A stretch of 64,000 bases of DNA. Source: a virus. The stretch spans positions 1 to 64,000 of the IMG/VR virus record IMGVR_UViG_3300026557_000002. One strand, given 5' to 3'. Every line of letters begins with the position of its first letter. Position 1 is the first letter of the stretch. Both the position numbers and the translations under genes were made by a program. This document shows, one piece after another, positions 8,974-15,791 of the stretch. The notes under the pieces are model-generated. The model was not told the DNA's origin. It saw nothing but the letters and a program-made list of their open reading frames with translations, and ran no database searches.

Positions 8974-9056
8974 GCAGGGTTGGCTCAGCGGCGACAGCAG
9001 CAGTTTTGTAAACTGCCGGGAAACCCACGGAGGTTCGAGTCCTCCACTCTGCTCCA
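8974..9056 (+). tRNA. tRNA-Thr(TGT) with long variable arm
   Basis: GCAGT-TTTGTAA-ACTGC; variable arm GGG-AAA-CCC; T-loop TTCGAGT; TCCA. Confidence 0.85.
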
Positions 9057-9064
9057 AATTTTAC

Positions 9065-9154
9065 GGATGAGCGGCGCAGTGGGAGTGGCGCGGCAGGCTG
9101 TAACCCTGTTGGCCCTTGCGGCTATAGAGAGTTCGAATCCCTCGTCATCCACCA
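9065..9154 (+). tRNA. tRNA-Tyr(GTA)
   Basis: GCAGG-CTGTAAC-CCTGT, long V arm (normal for bacterial Tyr), ACCA. Confidence 0.85.
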
Positions 9155-9173
9155 TTTTATTTCTGCTCAGCGC

Positions 9174-9258
9174 TGGGGTGTGGCTCAACCGGCACAGCAT
9201 CTGGCTGTTACCCAGACAGTCCGCAAGGACATTACAGGTTCGAATCCTGTTGCCCCAG
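9174..9258 (+). tRNA. tRNA-Asn(GTT) with long variable arm, no encoded CCA
   Basis: TCTGG-CTGTTAC-CCAGA; V arm GTCC-GCAA-GGAC; G73; the flanks pair with each other. Confidence 0.82.
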
Positions 9259-9281
9259 CAGTGAGCAGAAAAGATTTTTAC

Positions 9282-9359
9282 GGAGTGGTCGCGTAGAGGC
9301 CAATCGCACTCCCCTGTCACGGGAGACCATCGTGGGTCCGAATCCCATCCATTCCGCCA
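9282..9359 (+). tRNA. tRNA-Asp(GTC)
   Basis: CTCCC-CTGTCAC-GGGAG; GCCA end. Confidence 0.88.
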
Positions 9360-9366
9360 TTTCAAT

Positions 9367-9441
9367 ATGAGAGTCGTTCAGCGGCTAGGACGTCGGACTC
9401 CAAACCCGACTACGGTGGTTCGAGTCCATCCTCTCATGCCA
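9367..9441 (+). tRNA. tRNA-Trp(CCA)
   Basis: ATGAGAG/CTCTCAT acceptor; loop CTCCAAA; GCCA. Confidence 0.88.
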
Positions 9442-9454
9442 TATTCGAGGGCCC

Positions 9455-9874
9455 ATGGATATCCTTCACAAGGTTCTGCTCGGCGCGGAGATTTATGTAG
9501 CCGCGGCATCAACGCTGATAGCGATATCCGCCGTTATGGGATTCATCCGCCACAAGGTCTTAGGACCTCCGGTGCCGTTTGTCCCGTTAGTTGATATCCC
9601 GAAGCAAGAGGATCGAGCCGCAGCCGAGGGTTGGTTGCATCGCGCACTCGTCGCGTTTGACATCTTTTTGAACGTCGTCGTTCTCCGCGGCAATCAAGGC
9701 GAGACCATCTCGGCGCACAGTTGGCGCGCCAGCAACGAAGGCCGCCTTTGGGGCCGGTTGATGAATCTTTGGCTTAACGGCTTCCAGGACAACCACGGGA
9801 TTAAAGCGGCTTGCGGCGATCTCGAGAGATCATCGGCCGAAGTTCAGGTACTTAAGAAAAGTTTAGGAATATAG
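9455..9874 (+). CDS. Phage membrane protein
   Basis: N-terminal hydrophobic helix; D..N....G...ETIS motif; RBS GAGG. Confidence 0.7.
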   Translation: MDILHKVLLGAEIYVAAASTLIAISAVMGFIRHKVLGPPVPFVPLVDIPKQEDRAAAEGWLHRALVAFDIFLNVVVLRGNQGETISAHSWRASNEGRLWGRLMNLWLNGFQDNHGIKAACGDLERSSAEVQVLKKSLGI

Positions 9875-9975
9875 AGTAGTATGAAGATACAAAAGTCAAG
9901 TCGATCCTCATCATCGGAATCTGCGAGTATGATGGAGGGTTGGCTGAGCGGCAAGAACGTTCACAAGACTTCAAT

Positions 9976-10051
9976 TGCCAAATGGCGCAATCGGTAGCGC
10001 AGGGGTTTCTGAAGCCCAAGGCTAAAGGTTCGAATCCTTTTTTGGCATCCA
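9976..10051 (+). tRNA. tRNA-Gln(CTG)
   Basis: TGCCAAA/TTTGGCA acceptor (U1-A72), loop TTCTGAA, T-loop TTCGAAT, CCA. Confidence 0.85.
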
Positions 10052-10073
10052 TTTTTATAATCACGAATAACTC

Positions 10074-10469
10074 ATGTCAGTTGCAACCCCGACAGCGATG
10101 TATACAATTAATTTCGCCATCAATCCGCTAACGATAGCGGGCGCTTGGCCCCAGGTGACTCCGAACGGCGTCGCCCCACAAAATTTAGATCTGATTCAGA
10201 TCGTCGGTTTCGGTGGACCCATCCTTCTCAACGTAGACTCCGCTGGTGTCGTACATAATCCCGCTGTTAATCCTACAACTTCGGCCGGCGGTATCGGCCA
10301 GACTCGCATTGGTCAGTTTCAATCCCGCTTGACATCCTCTGCAACAACCGCGCAACTCTTTGCAGACGCGTTCTCGAATCCCTCCAATCTGGACATCATC
10401 CAAGTAATCAATGAAGGCGGCAACGTTCATTACAACCTGAACTTTCAGGGAGTAGCTGCGGGTTCTTGA
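10074..10469 (+). CDS. Putative virion protein with an internal duplication
   Basis: NLDLIQIVGFGG..LNVDSAGV and NLDIIQVINEGG..YNLNFQGV. Confidence 0.7.
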   Translation: MSVATPTAMYTINFAINPLTIAGAWPQVTPNGVAPQNLDLIQIVGFGGPILLNVDSAGVVHNPAVNPTTSAGGIGQTRIGQFQSRLTSSATTAQLFADAFSNPSNLDIIQVINEGGNVHYNLNFQGVAAGS

Positions 10470-10593
10470 TAGTCTCTCGGAGGCTATACGTGGGAACGTC
10501 TTTGTGCAGTCTGTAAACTCCTACTTCGAAAGAATTCAGGAGAGATAAAAGTTTGCCCCGCGTGTGGTTGGCGCTGGCTGTAGGAGATTTAAA

Positions 10594-10977
10594 TTGGCTA
10601 TTTCGCAAGTAGAAGTCGCATCACCCGCCGGATTATTTGTCTTCACAGATACCGCGATGGGCAACACCGCAGATGGTATCAAGGCGTCTTCGGCTAAACT
10701 GTATTCGGTTCAGATCGACAACTCTGCCAACGGCGGAGCAGCGAGCTACGTCAAGATTTACAATTTGGCCAGCGGTTCTGTAGTCGTTGGAACCACGGCC
10801 CCCGACGAGATCATCTATGTTCCCGCCGGCGCAGTCATTACGCAATACTTTTTCACGGGTGCTGCAGCAGGTAAGACTTTCGGAACCGCGTTGAGTGCGA
10901 TCTGCGTAACCACGGGCGGCACGGCCGGCTCGACTTCACCGGTTAGCGCTGCGGTTGTGACCGTTTCGTATGTATAG
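10594..10977 (+). CDS. Putative virion/decoration protein
   Basis: TTG start after AGGAG; Ala/Gly/Thr-rich beta protein (YVKIYN...VGTTAPD...VPAG...F..ALS). Confidence 0.7.
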   Translation: MAISQVEVASPAGLFVFTDTAMGNTADGIKASSAKLYSVQIDNSANGGAASYVKIYNLASGSVVVGTTAPDEIIYVPAGAVITQYFFTGAAAGKTFGTALSAICVTTGGTAGSTSPVSAAVVTVSYV

Positions 10978-10984
10978 AAAAGAC

Positions 10985-11098
10985 TTGACAAACTAGCAGT
11001 ACTGTAGTACCATTGACTTATCCCTCGGGGTTGCTCCCGAGGTTTAGACTCGGGGGATGCCTAGTACATTCCCCTTGTCGTCTTACTAGGAGAATGGA
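10985..11098 (+). promoter_or_regulatory. sigma70 promoter plus kissing-loop leader (copy A)
   Basis: TTGACA-17-TACCAT; hairpin loop CCTAGTA (11060-11066) is complementary to TACTAGG (11084-11090), the loop of the SD hairpin. Confidence 0.75.
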
Positions 11099-11587
11099 AT
11101 GAGAACCAAAATCAAAGGTTTATGCGGCCATTGTAGAACAAAATTAACAGAACAGAACTGTGCGCCTGTTATATTTCAGAGCGGATATGGTTTTTGTCGG
11201 GATTGCAGAAATGAATCCAGCCGCCTAAGATATAGGCGTGATCCGGAGCCCCAAAAAAGTAGATCATCTCGATGGCTAGCAATTAAAGATAATCGAAATA
11301 GTCGAACTAAGTCTGTTGTTGCTTGGCGTCGTAAGAAAGATTTCGGTATAACTCAAGAACAATTTGATGCTAAGTTTAAAGCACAAAATGGTCTTTGTGC
11401 TATCTGTAAGCAGCCTATGTTAGGGCAAGCAAGAACAAAAGTCCCGTGCCAAGACCACGACCATAAATCTGGAAAATTAAGAGACTTAATATGTATCAGC
11501 TGTAATCTTCTTTTAGGGCACAGCTATGAGAACAAAGAAATTCTTGCCAACGCTGTTTTATATTTAGAAAAACACGTCGGCATTTAA
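11099..11587 (+). CDS. Endonuclease VII-family (His-Me) free-standing endonuclease
   Basis: FGITQEQF...Q.G.CAIC...DHDH.SG..R.LIC..CN..LG motif. Confidence 0.88.
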   Translation: MRTKIKGLCGHCRTKLTEQNCAPVIFQSGYGFCRDCRNESSRLRYRRDPEPQKSRSSRWLAIKDNRNSRTKSVVAWRRKKDFGITQEQFDAKFKAQNGLCAICKQPMLGQARTKVPCQDHDHKSGKLRDLICISCNLLLGHSYENKEILANAVLYLEKHVGI

Positions 11588-11693
11588 AAATTTTGGTTAA
11601 AGCGCTAGCACGTTCAAAGCGCTCTTCCCATAAAAAGCGCCCCGCCGACGGTGATCCTGCCGACTGGACGTACACATAAAGGAAAATTGAATC

Positions 11694-12374
11694 ATGAGTA
11701 ACACACTGGATTTTTCAGTAAATGGACAGCTCGCGTCGAAGGTTGGCGGAACTGGAACCACAATTAAGTATTTCCCGCGTCTGGTTGGCATCAGCGGAAC
11801 CACGATTGGGTCTGCGGGTCTCGGCGGAGTCAGCGGCAGCTCTGTTGTTGGTCCCCTGTACGGCAACTCGCCGTCCACGCCTTCGTCCACGAGCGCTGTC
11901 GGAGCACTGTTTATCCCAGCCGCGAACGTCTATAACGGGCAGCAGATGAATATCGTTATCAGCGGAAACGTTGGTTCGGATACCGGTGATCCATCTGGAA
12001 CAGTAAATGTCCAAGTGCAAGCCGTTACTGGAGCTTTGTTGGCTCCGACGTACACCACGATTGCGTCCACTAGCGCTCTGGCTTTGACCTTTGCTTCGGC
12101 TGAACCTTGGCTTTTCGATATCACTATGATCGGTGATACCTCATCCGGCATCCTGGTTGGCAACTATACGTCGATGCTCGGCAATACCCTTCACACGACA
12201 TCGGGCACCGTGGCCGCCGCAGCCCTTGACAACGTCATCGCTAAGCTAGATTTCGCGAACGGAAACCCCGCTCTTCAACAAGGCGCAGTATTTGGCTTGG
12301 TCGTCGGTGTGACTTTCGGAACCTCGGACGCAAGCAACAAGGCGACCTTGTCCCAGTTCACAGTCGAAGGATAA
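11694..12374 (+). CDS. Putative virion structural protein (Gly/Ser/Thr-rich)
   Basis: RBS AAGGA; composition; followed by a terminator. Confidence 0.7.
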   Translation: MSNTLDFSVNGQLASKVGGTGTTIKYFPRLVGISGTTIGSAGLGGVSGSSVVGPLYGNSPSTPSSTSAVGALFIPAANVYNGQQMNIVISGNVGSDTGDPSGTVNVQVQAVTGALLAPTYTTIASTSALALTFASAEPWLFDITMIGDTSSGILVGNYTSMLGNTLHTTSGTVAAAALDNVIAKLDFANGNPALQQGAVFGLVVGVTFGTSDASNKATLSQFTVEG

Positions 12375-12390
12375 TTACCCGTTAACCATG

Positions 12391-12415
12391 GGGCTCTTCG
12401 GAGCCCTTAATTTTT
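12391..12415 (+). terminator. Intrinsic terminator
   Basis: GGGCTC-TTCG-GAGCCC followed by TTAATTTTT. Confidence 0.75.
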
Positions 12416-12496
12416 CCGTGGCGGTACGCCAGACATTGCTGGCGACCCTCGGCGTGCGAAAACCACAGCAAGGGTAGTAATAGCCTATCCAACTCT

Positions 12497-12727
12497 ATGA
12501 CGGATGATAACAAAGAAGTCTTAAAAGCGATAACAGAATTAACCAAAATTGTTGAACTATATCATGGCGACTTCCGAGAATTCCGCGGCGAGATTAAAAC
12601 GAAAGTTGAAAGTCTCGAGGGCAGCGCTAAGTCTGATAGGATGTGGTCGAGAATCCAAGCCGTCGCGGTAGTCCCTGTAGTTGGTACACTCCATCAGATT
12701 GCGCAGTATCTTCACTGGATTAAATAA
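12497..12727 (+). CDS. Small coiled-coil protein with hydrophobic C-terminus
   Basis: ORF packing and composition. Confidence 0.6.
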   Translation: MTDDNKEVLKAITELTKIVELYHGDFREFRGEIKTKVESLEGSAKSDRMWSRIQAVAVVPVVGTLHQIAQYLHWIK

Positions 12728-12910
12728 ATGCCGTTCGTATCGTCAGCACAACAAGGTTACCTTCACGCCCATCCCGAAGTTTTGGGAAAGGAGAAGTTAG
12801 CGGAGTTCGATGCTGCGACAAAGGGCAAGCACGATCTTCCGGAACATGTCCATAACGGGAAGCCGTCTTATAAAATAGCCCGCGAGGCCAGAAAAGAATC
12901 AGGGAGTTAG
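12728..12910 (+). CDS. Small phage protein (MPF.S.AQ type) with YKIAREARK motif
   Basis: Abuts its neighbours; shared motif. Confidence 0.7.
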   Translation: MPFVSSAQQGYLHAHPEVLGKEKLAEFDAATKGKHDLPEHVHNGKPSYKIAREARKESGS

Positions 12911-12911
12911 C

Positions 12912-13580
12912 GTGGCCGATAAGCTAGTACAAATAGAACCGGCTTCCGGCGTACAGAGATGGGCGCTAGCGTTCGTCGGCGGCAAAGATACAGGCGACCA
13001 GCCGAAGTCTTGTTTTAACTGCCCCTTCCTGTATATCAATCAGAAGCGATGCCAGATTCACGGGCCGGACATCATCATTGACCGAGTTACGAAAAACGGT
13101 CAGGTTTATACGCCTGTTTGTTGTTATCAAAAAGGCGGAACTCCTCTCGCGGTAGGAGATGACGTAGTCGTCTATAACGTCAACACGACCGGTGATAAGG
13201 CAGCGGACCAAACGGGTTTGGAGTGGGCAAAATCCCCGACTGGAACGAACTGTGGCGGATTCAAGCAGGGTGCAGATTGCGAGCACTTTGTTCCCGCTGA
13301 CGATAAGGGAATCGACGGGCTCTGTAAGCTGATGTCCAAAGAGCAGGACGAAGCCTCCGACGCAATGTCTGAGCACAAAGGTCAAAGCGTCGATTGGGAC
13401 GACTGTTGTGACGGGCACGAAGGCGAGAATATATCTTGGCGAGAAGCACAGAAGCTAATGCCAAACAAGGCCGAGTTGGGACTAGAACATTTTTTGAGTC
13501 CAGGACAAAATAACCCGGTTAAAAAAGAAGATTCCGAGTATGTACGCGCTCGAGCGATACGCAGAGCAAAACAGGAGTAG
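12912..13580 (+). CDS. Cys-rich protein with two putative metal/Fe-S-binding modules
   Basis: CFNCPF...C...CC and C......C..F...GLC...CC. Confidence 0.7.
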   Translation: MADKLVQIEPASGVQRWALAFVGGKDTGDQPKSCFNCPFLYINQKRCQIHGPDIIIDRVTKNGQVYTPVCCYQKGGTPLAVGDDVVVYNVNTTGDKAADQTGLEWAKSPTGTNCGGFKQGADCEHFVPADDKGIDGLCKLMSKEQDEASDAMSEHKGQSVDWDDCCDGHEGENISWREAQKLMPNKAELGLEHFLSPGQNNPVKKEDSEYVRARAIRRAKQE

Positions 13581-13582
13581 TC

Positions 13583-13897
13583 ATGAAAGAAGTCCAAAAA
13601 GTAGATCATAAGTCGGTCGAGCCTGAAGCAGCTTTGGGTAATCCTGGGCGCTTTTCCGGTAACGGCGGTCTTAAGGCATCCGGCTTAAAGCAAGCCGAGA
13701 CAGAGAATACCACATCCGACGGAGGTTCCGATTTGGAGTCTCTAAGGCAGGGTTCGAAGCCTAAGCCTGAAGCCGTACGAGAAGTTAAGGAAGACACTTC
13801 CTGTGGACCTCGCGCCCGCAAGGCGTGGCAGGCGGCAAATGGCGATGAGGGAGTTTCTCGTCACAGTAACATCGCGAAAGAAGACGCAGCGATTTAA
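13583..13897 (+). CDS. Hydrophilic hypothetical protein
   Basis: RBS AGGAG; shares a motif with 3678..4034. Confidence 0.7.
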   Translation: MKEVQKVDHKSVEPEAALGNPGRFSGNGGLKASGLKQAETENTTSDGGSDLESLRQGSKPKPEAVREVKEDTSCGPRARKAWQAANGDEGVSRHSNIAKEDAAI

Positions 13898-13900
13898 GGA

Positions 13901-14170
13901 ATGAACATGGAAGGCAAATCTCCAGTAGCGCACCACGGATTCACGCATACCACCGTCCACCACCATGCGGACGGGTCGCACACAATCCAGCACCACCACC
14001 ACGAAGGTCCACACAAGGACATTCATCACGCAGTCGCGGACCACGACGGAATGATTGACTCGATGATGGATCACACCTCCGCTCCTAATCTCGGTGAAAC
14101 ACAGGCCAATGCTGGGCCGCAGGCCGCTCCCGCGGGTATCCCCGGCGCCGCACCAGCCGCAGGAGCCTAA
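13901..14170 (+). CDS. His-rich small protein
   Basis: HHGFTHTTVHHHADGSHTIQHHHHEGPHKDIHH. Confidence 0.72.
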   Translation: MNMEGKSPVAHHGFTHTTVHHHADGSHTIQHHHHEGPHKDIHHAVADHDGMIDSMMDHTSAPNLGETQANAGPQAAPAGIPGAAPAAGA

Positions 14171-14171
14171 G

Positions 14172-14360
14172 ATGGCAAAGCACAACGTAAGTCTTTATCG
14201 TGCTATGCACCACCTCCGAAAAGGAGGCCTTCATCGCGCGCTGGGAATTTCAGAGGACAAATCAATTCCATCAGAAAAATTAGAGATTCATCCAGACGAT
14301 AGTGCGCATTTGAAGCACATGAAGTCCTTCGCAAAAACAATGGGCGGGTTCAAGCACTAA
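14172..14360 (+). CDS. Small basic phage protein
   Basis: ATG at 14172 after AGGAG; KGGLHRALG.....IP..KL motif. Confidence 0.7.
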   Translation: MAKHNVSLYRAMHHLRKGGLHRALGISEDKSIPSEKLEIHPDDSAHLKHMKSFAKTMGGFKH

Positions 14361-14629
14361 TGATTCTGAAGGACAAAGTAGCCAAGGTTCTCGAGAGCGG
14401 AATATTTACCCCAGTTTATCACGCGTTCGGTGGGCTGAGCGAATTTTGGGCCGTTGTTTTTGGCTCCGCCGCTATTATCCTAGCCTTCAGAGGCAAACTT
14501 GATCCTAACTTTGCTCTGGCAATTACTGCGATTCAGGGGTTGCTTTGCGCTCATGACGCGCTAGATGATTACCACGCTCGTCAGACGCAAAACACGACCA
14601 TCGTAAACGATATAAGTATTCAGAAGTAG
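14360..14629 (+). CDS. Small membrane protein (holin-like candidate)
   Basis: Two hydrophobic segments. Confidence 0.55.
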   Translation: MILKDKVAKVLESGIFTPVYHAFGGLSEFWAVVFGSAAIILAFRGKLDPNFALAITAIQGLLCAHDALDDYHARQTQNTTIVNDISIQK

Positions 14630-14683
14630 GCAACTCGCTCCGAACACGGCATCACGCGCGACGCCAGACCCAAGGTAAGCAGC

Positions 14684-15400
14684 ATGAAAATAATTCGCGG
14701 ATTGCTACTAGTAGCACTCTTGGTTTTTGGAAGCGTGCCTACTTATGCAAATAAGAAGCATCAAACAGCGATGCTGTCGACTTTCGTTCTGTACGGTAAT
14801 TCCGCACAAGCCCAAGTTGTTGGTAAGCCTCTGTGTACAGCCTTCGTTTATAAGAAGGCGCCAGACGGCTATTACCTGATGACGGCCGGACATTGCTTCG
14901 TCGGAAACGGCGCGCCCCCGGATGTGACTTACTCAGTCGTCAGCGGTCAGATTACAGACAAGCCAGACTATCAGCCCGTCGAACTTCTAAATGCTGTTGA
15001 CGACGGCAAGATGGATGTTGCAGAAGTTCACTTGAAGACTTTGAAGCAGTATCCGATCTTGGAGTTGCAAGACGCCCCAGTAGCGATCGATGACAAAGTT
15101 TTCTATGTCGGCTATCCGGAGATGATTACTCAGGCGGTTTACACCGGACGAGTGGGTAGTCAAATAATCCCGAAATCATGTGACGACGTAGACGGCGATC
15201 TTTGCACCGGACGATTTTTGGTGCAAACAGGCGGTGGCCCAGGAGCCAGCGGCTCCCCGGTTATGAGCGAGAGAACTGGAAAGGTAGTCGGAATTTTAGA
15301 AGGGCATGTTTTTGAAAATGGCGTAGTCGTAGTTCCTTCTCCCGCAATCGACGGGTATTATGCGCGAGTCGGACACGCAGTAAAACCAAAAAACGAATAA
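14684..15400 (+). CDS. Trypsin-like serine protease with signal peptide
   Basis: TAGHC (His), DVA (Asp) and GASGSP (Ser) catalytic motifs; N-terminal signal sequence. Confidence 0.88.
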   Translation: MKIIRGLLLVALLVFGSVPTYANKKHQTAMLSTFVLYGNSAQAQVVGKPLCTAFVYKKAPDGYYLMTAGHCFVGNGAPPDVTYSVVSGQITDKPDYQPVELLNAVDDGKMDVAEVHLKTLKQYPILELQDAPVAIDDKVFYVGYPEMITQAVYTGRVGSQIIPKSCDDVDGDLCTGRFLVQTGGGPGASGSPVMSERTGKVVGILEGHVFENGVVVVPSPAIDGYYARVGHAVKPKNE

Positions 15401-15521
15401 AGCGAGGAGATAACCCGATGCTACTTGTCGCCGGCTGTTTTGTATCCATGTTTGCTTTTGGATTTTTGTTCGGCCTGGGTTTTCAACTCGCAAAGAAAGT
15501 CATTAAAGCATAAGAGGACGT

Positions 15522-15770
15522 ATGGCAACCAACTCAGTCGAAGCCACGCTAGCCGGCGCCAAGAGCGCCTTGGCTAATGCAAACAAGTTCACGCAGAGCG
15601 TAACCGGTAACGCCACAGACGCTTTCGCTCCAAAGAAGCCAACGGCCCCCAAGATTCCTCAGACTCACAGAGAGGCGCCGTATTCTCTAGCCCGCCAGGC
15701 TCGCGAGACCGGCGAAGGCGTCAAGAATAGGATGGAGAACGAGAACGCAGGTCTCAAGACTCTAGAATAA
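15522..15770 (+). CDS. Small protein with YSLARQARE motif
   Basis: RBS GAGG; directly upstream of TerL. Confidence 0.7.
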   Translation: MATNSVEATLAGAKSALANANKFTQSVTGNATDAFAPKKPTAPKIPQTHREAPYSLARQARETGEGVKNRMENENAGLKTLE

Positions 15771-15791
15771 GTTCAATAGAATGGGATTTCA

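Noticed and set aside
8974-9056. tRNA-Tyr (GTA) assignment
   Set aside because: The 5-bp stem fixes the loop as TTTGTAA (anticodon TGT), and the U73 matches the neighbouring Thr tRNAs.
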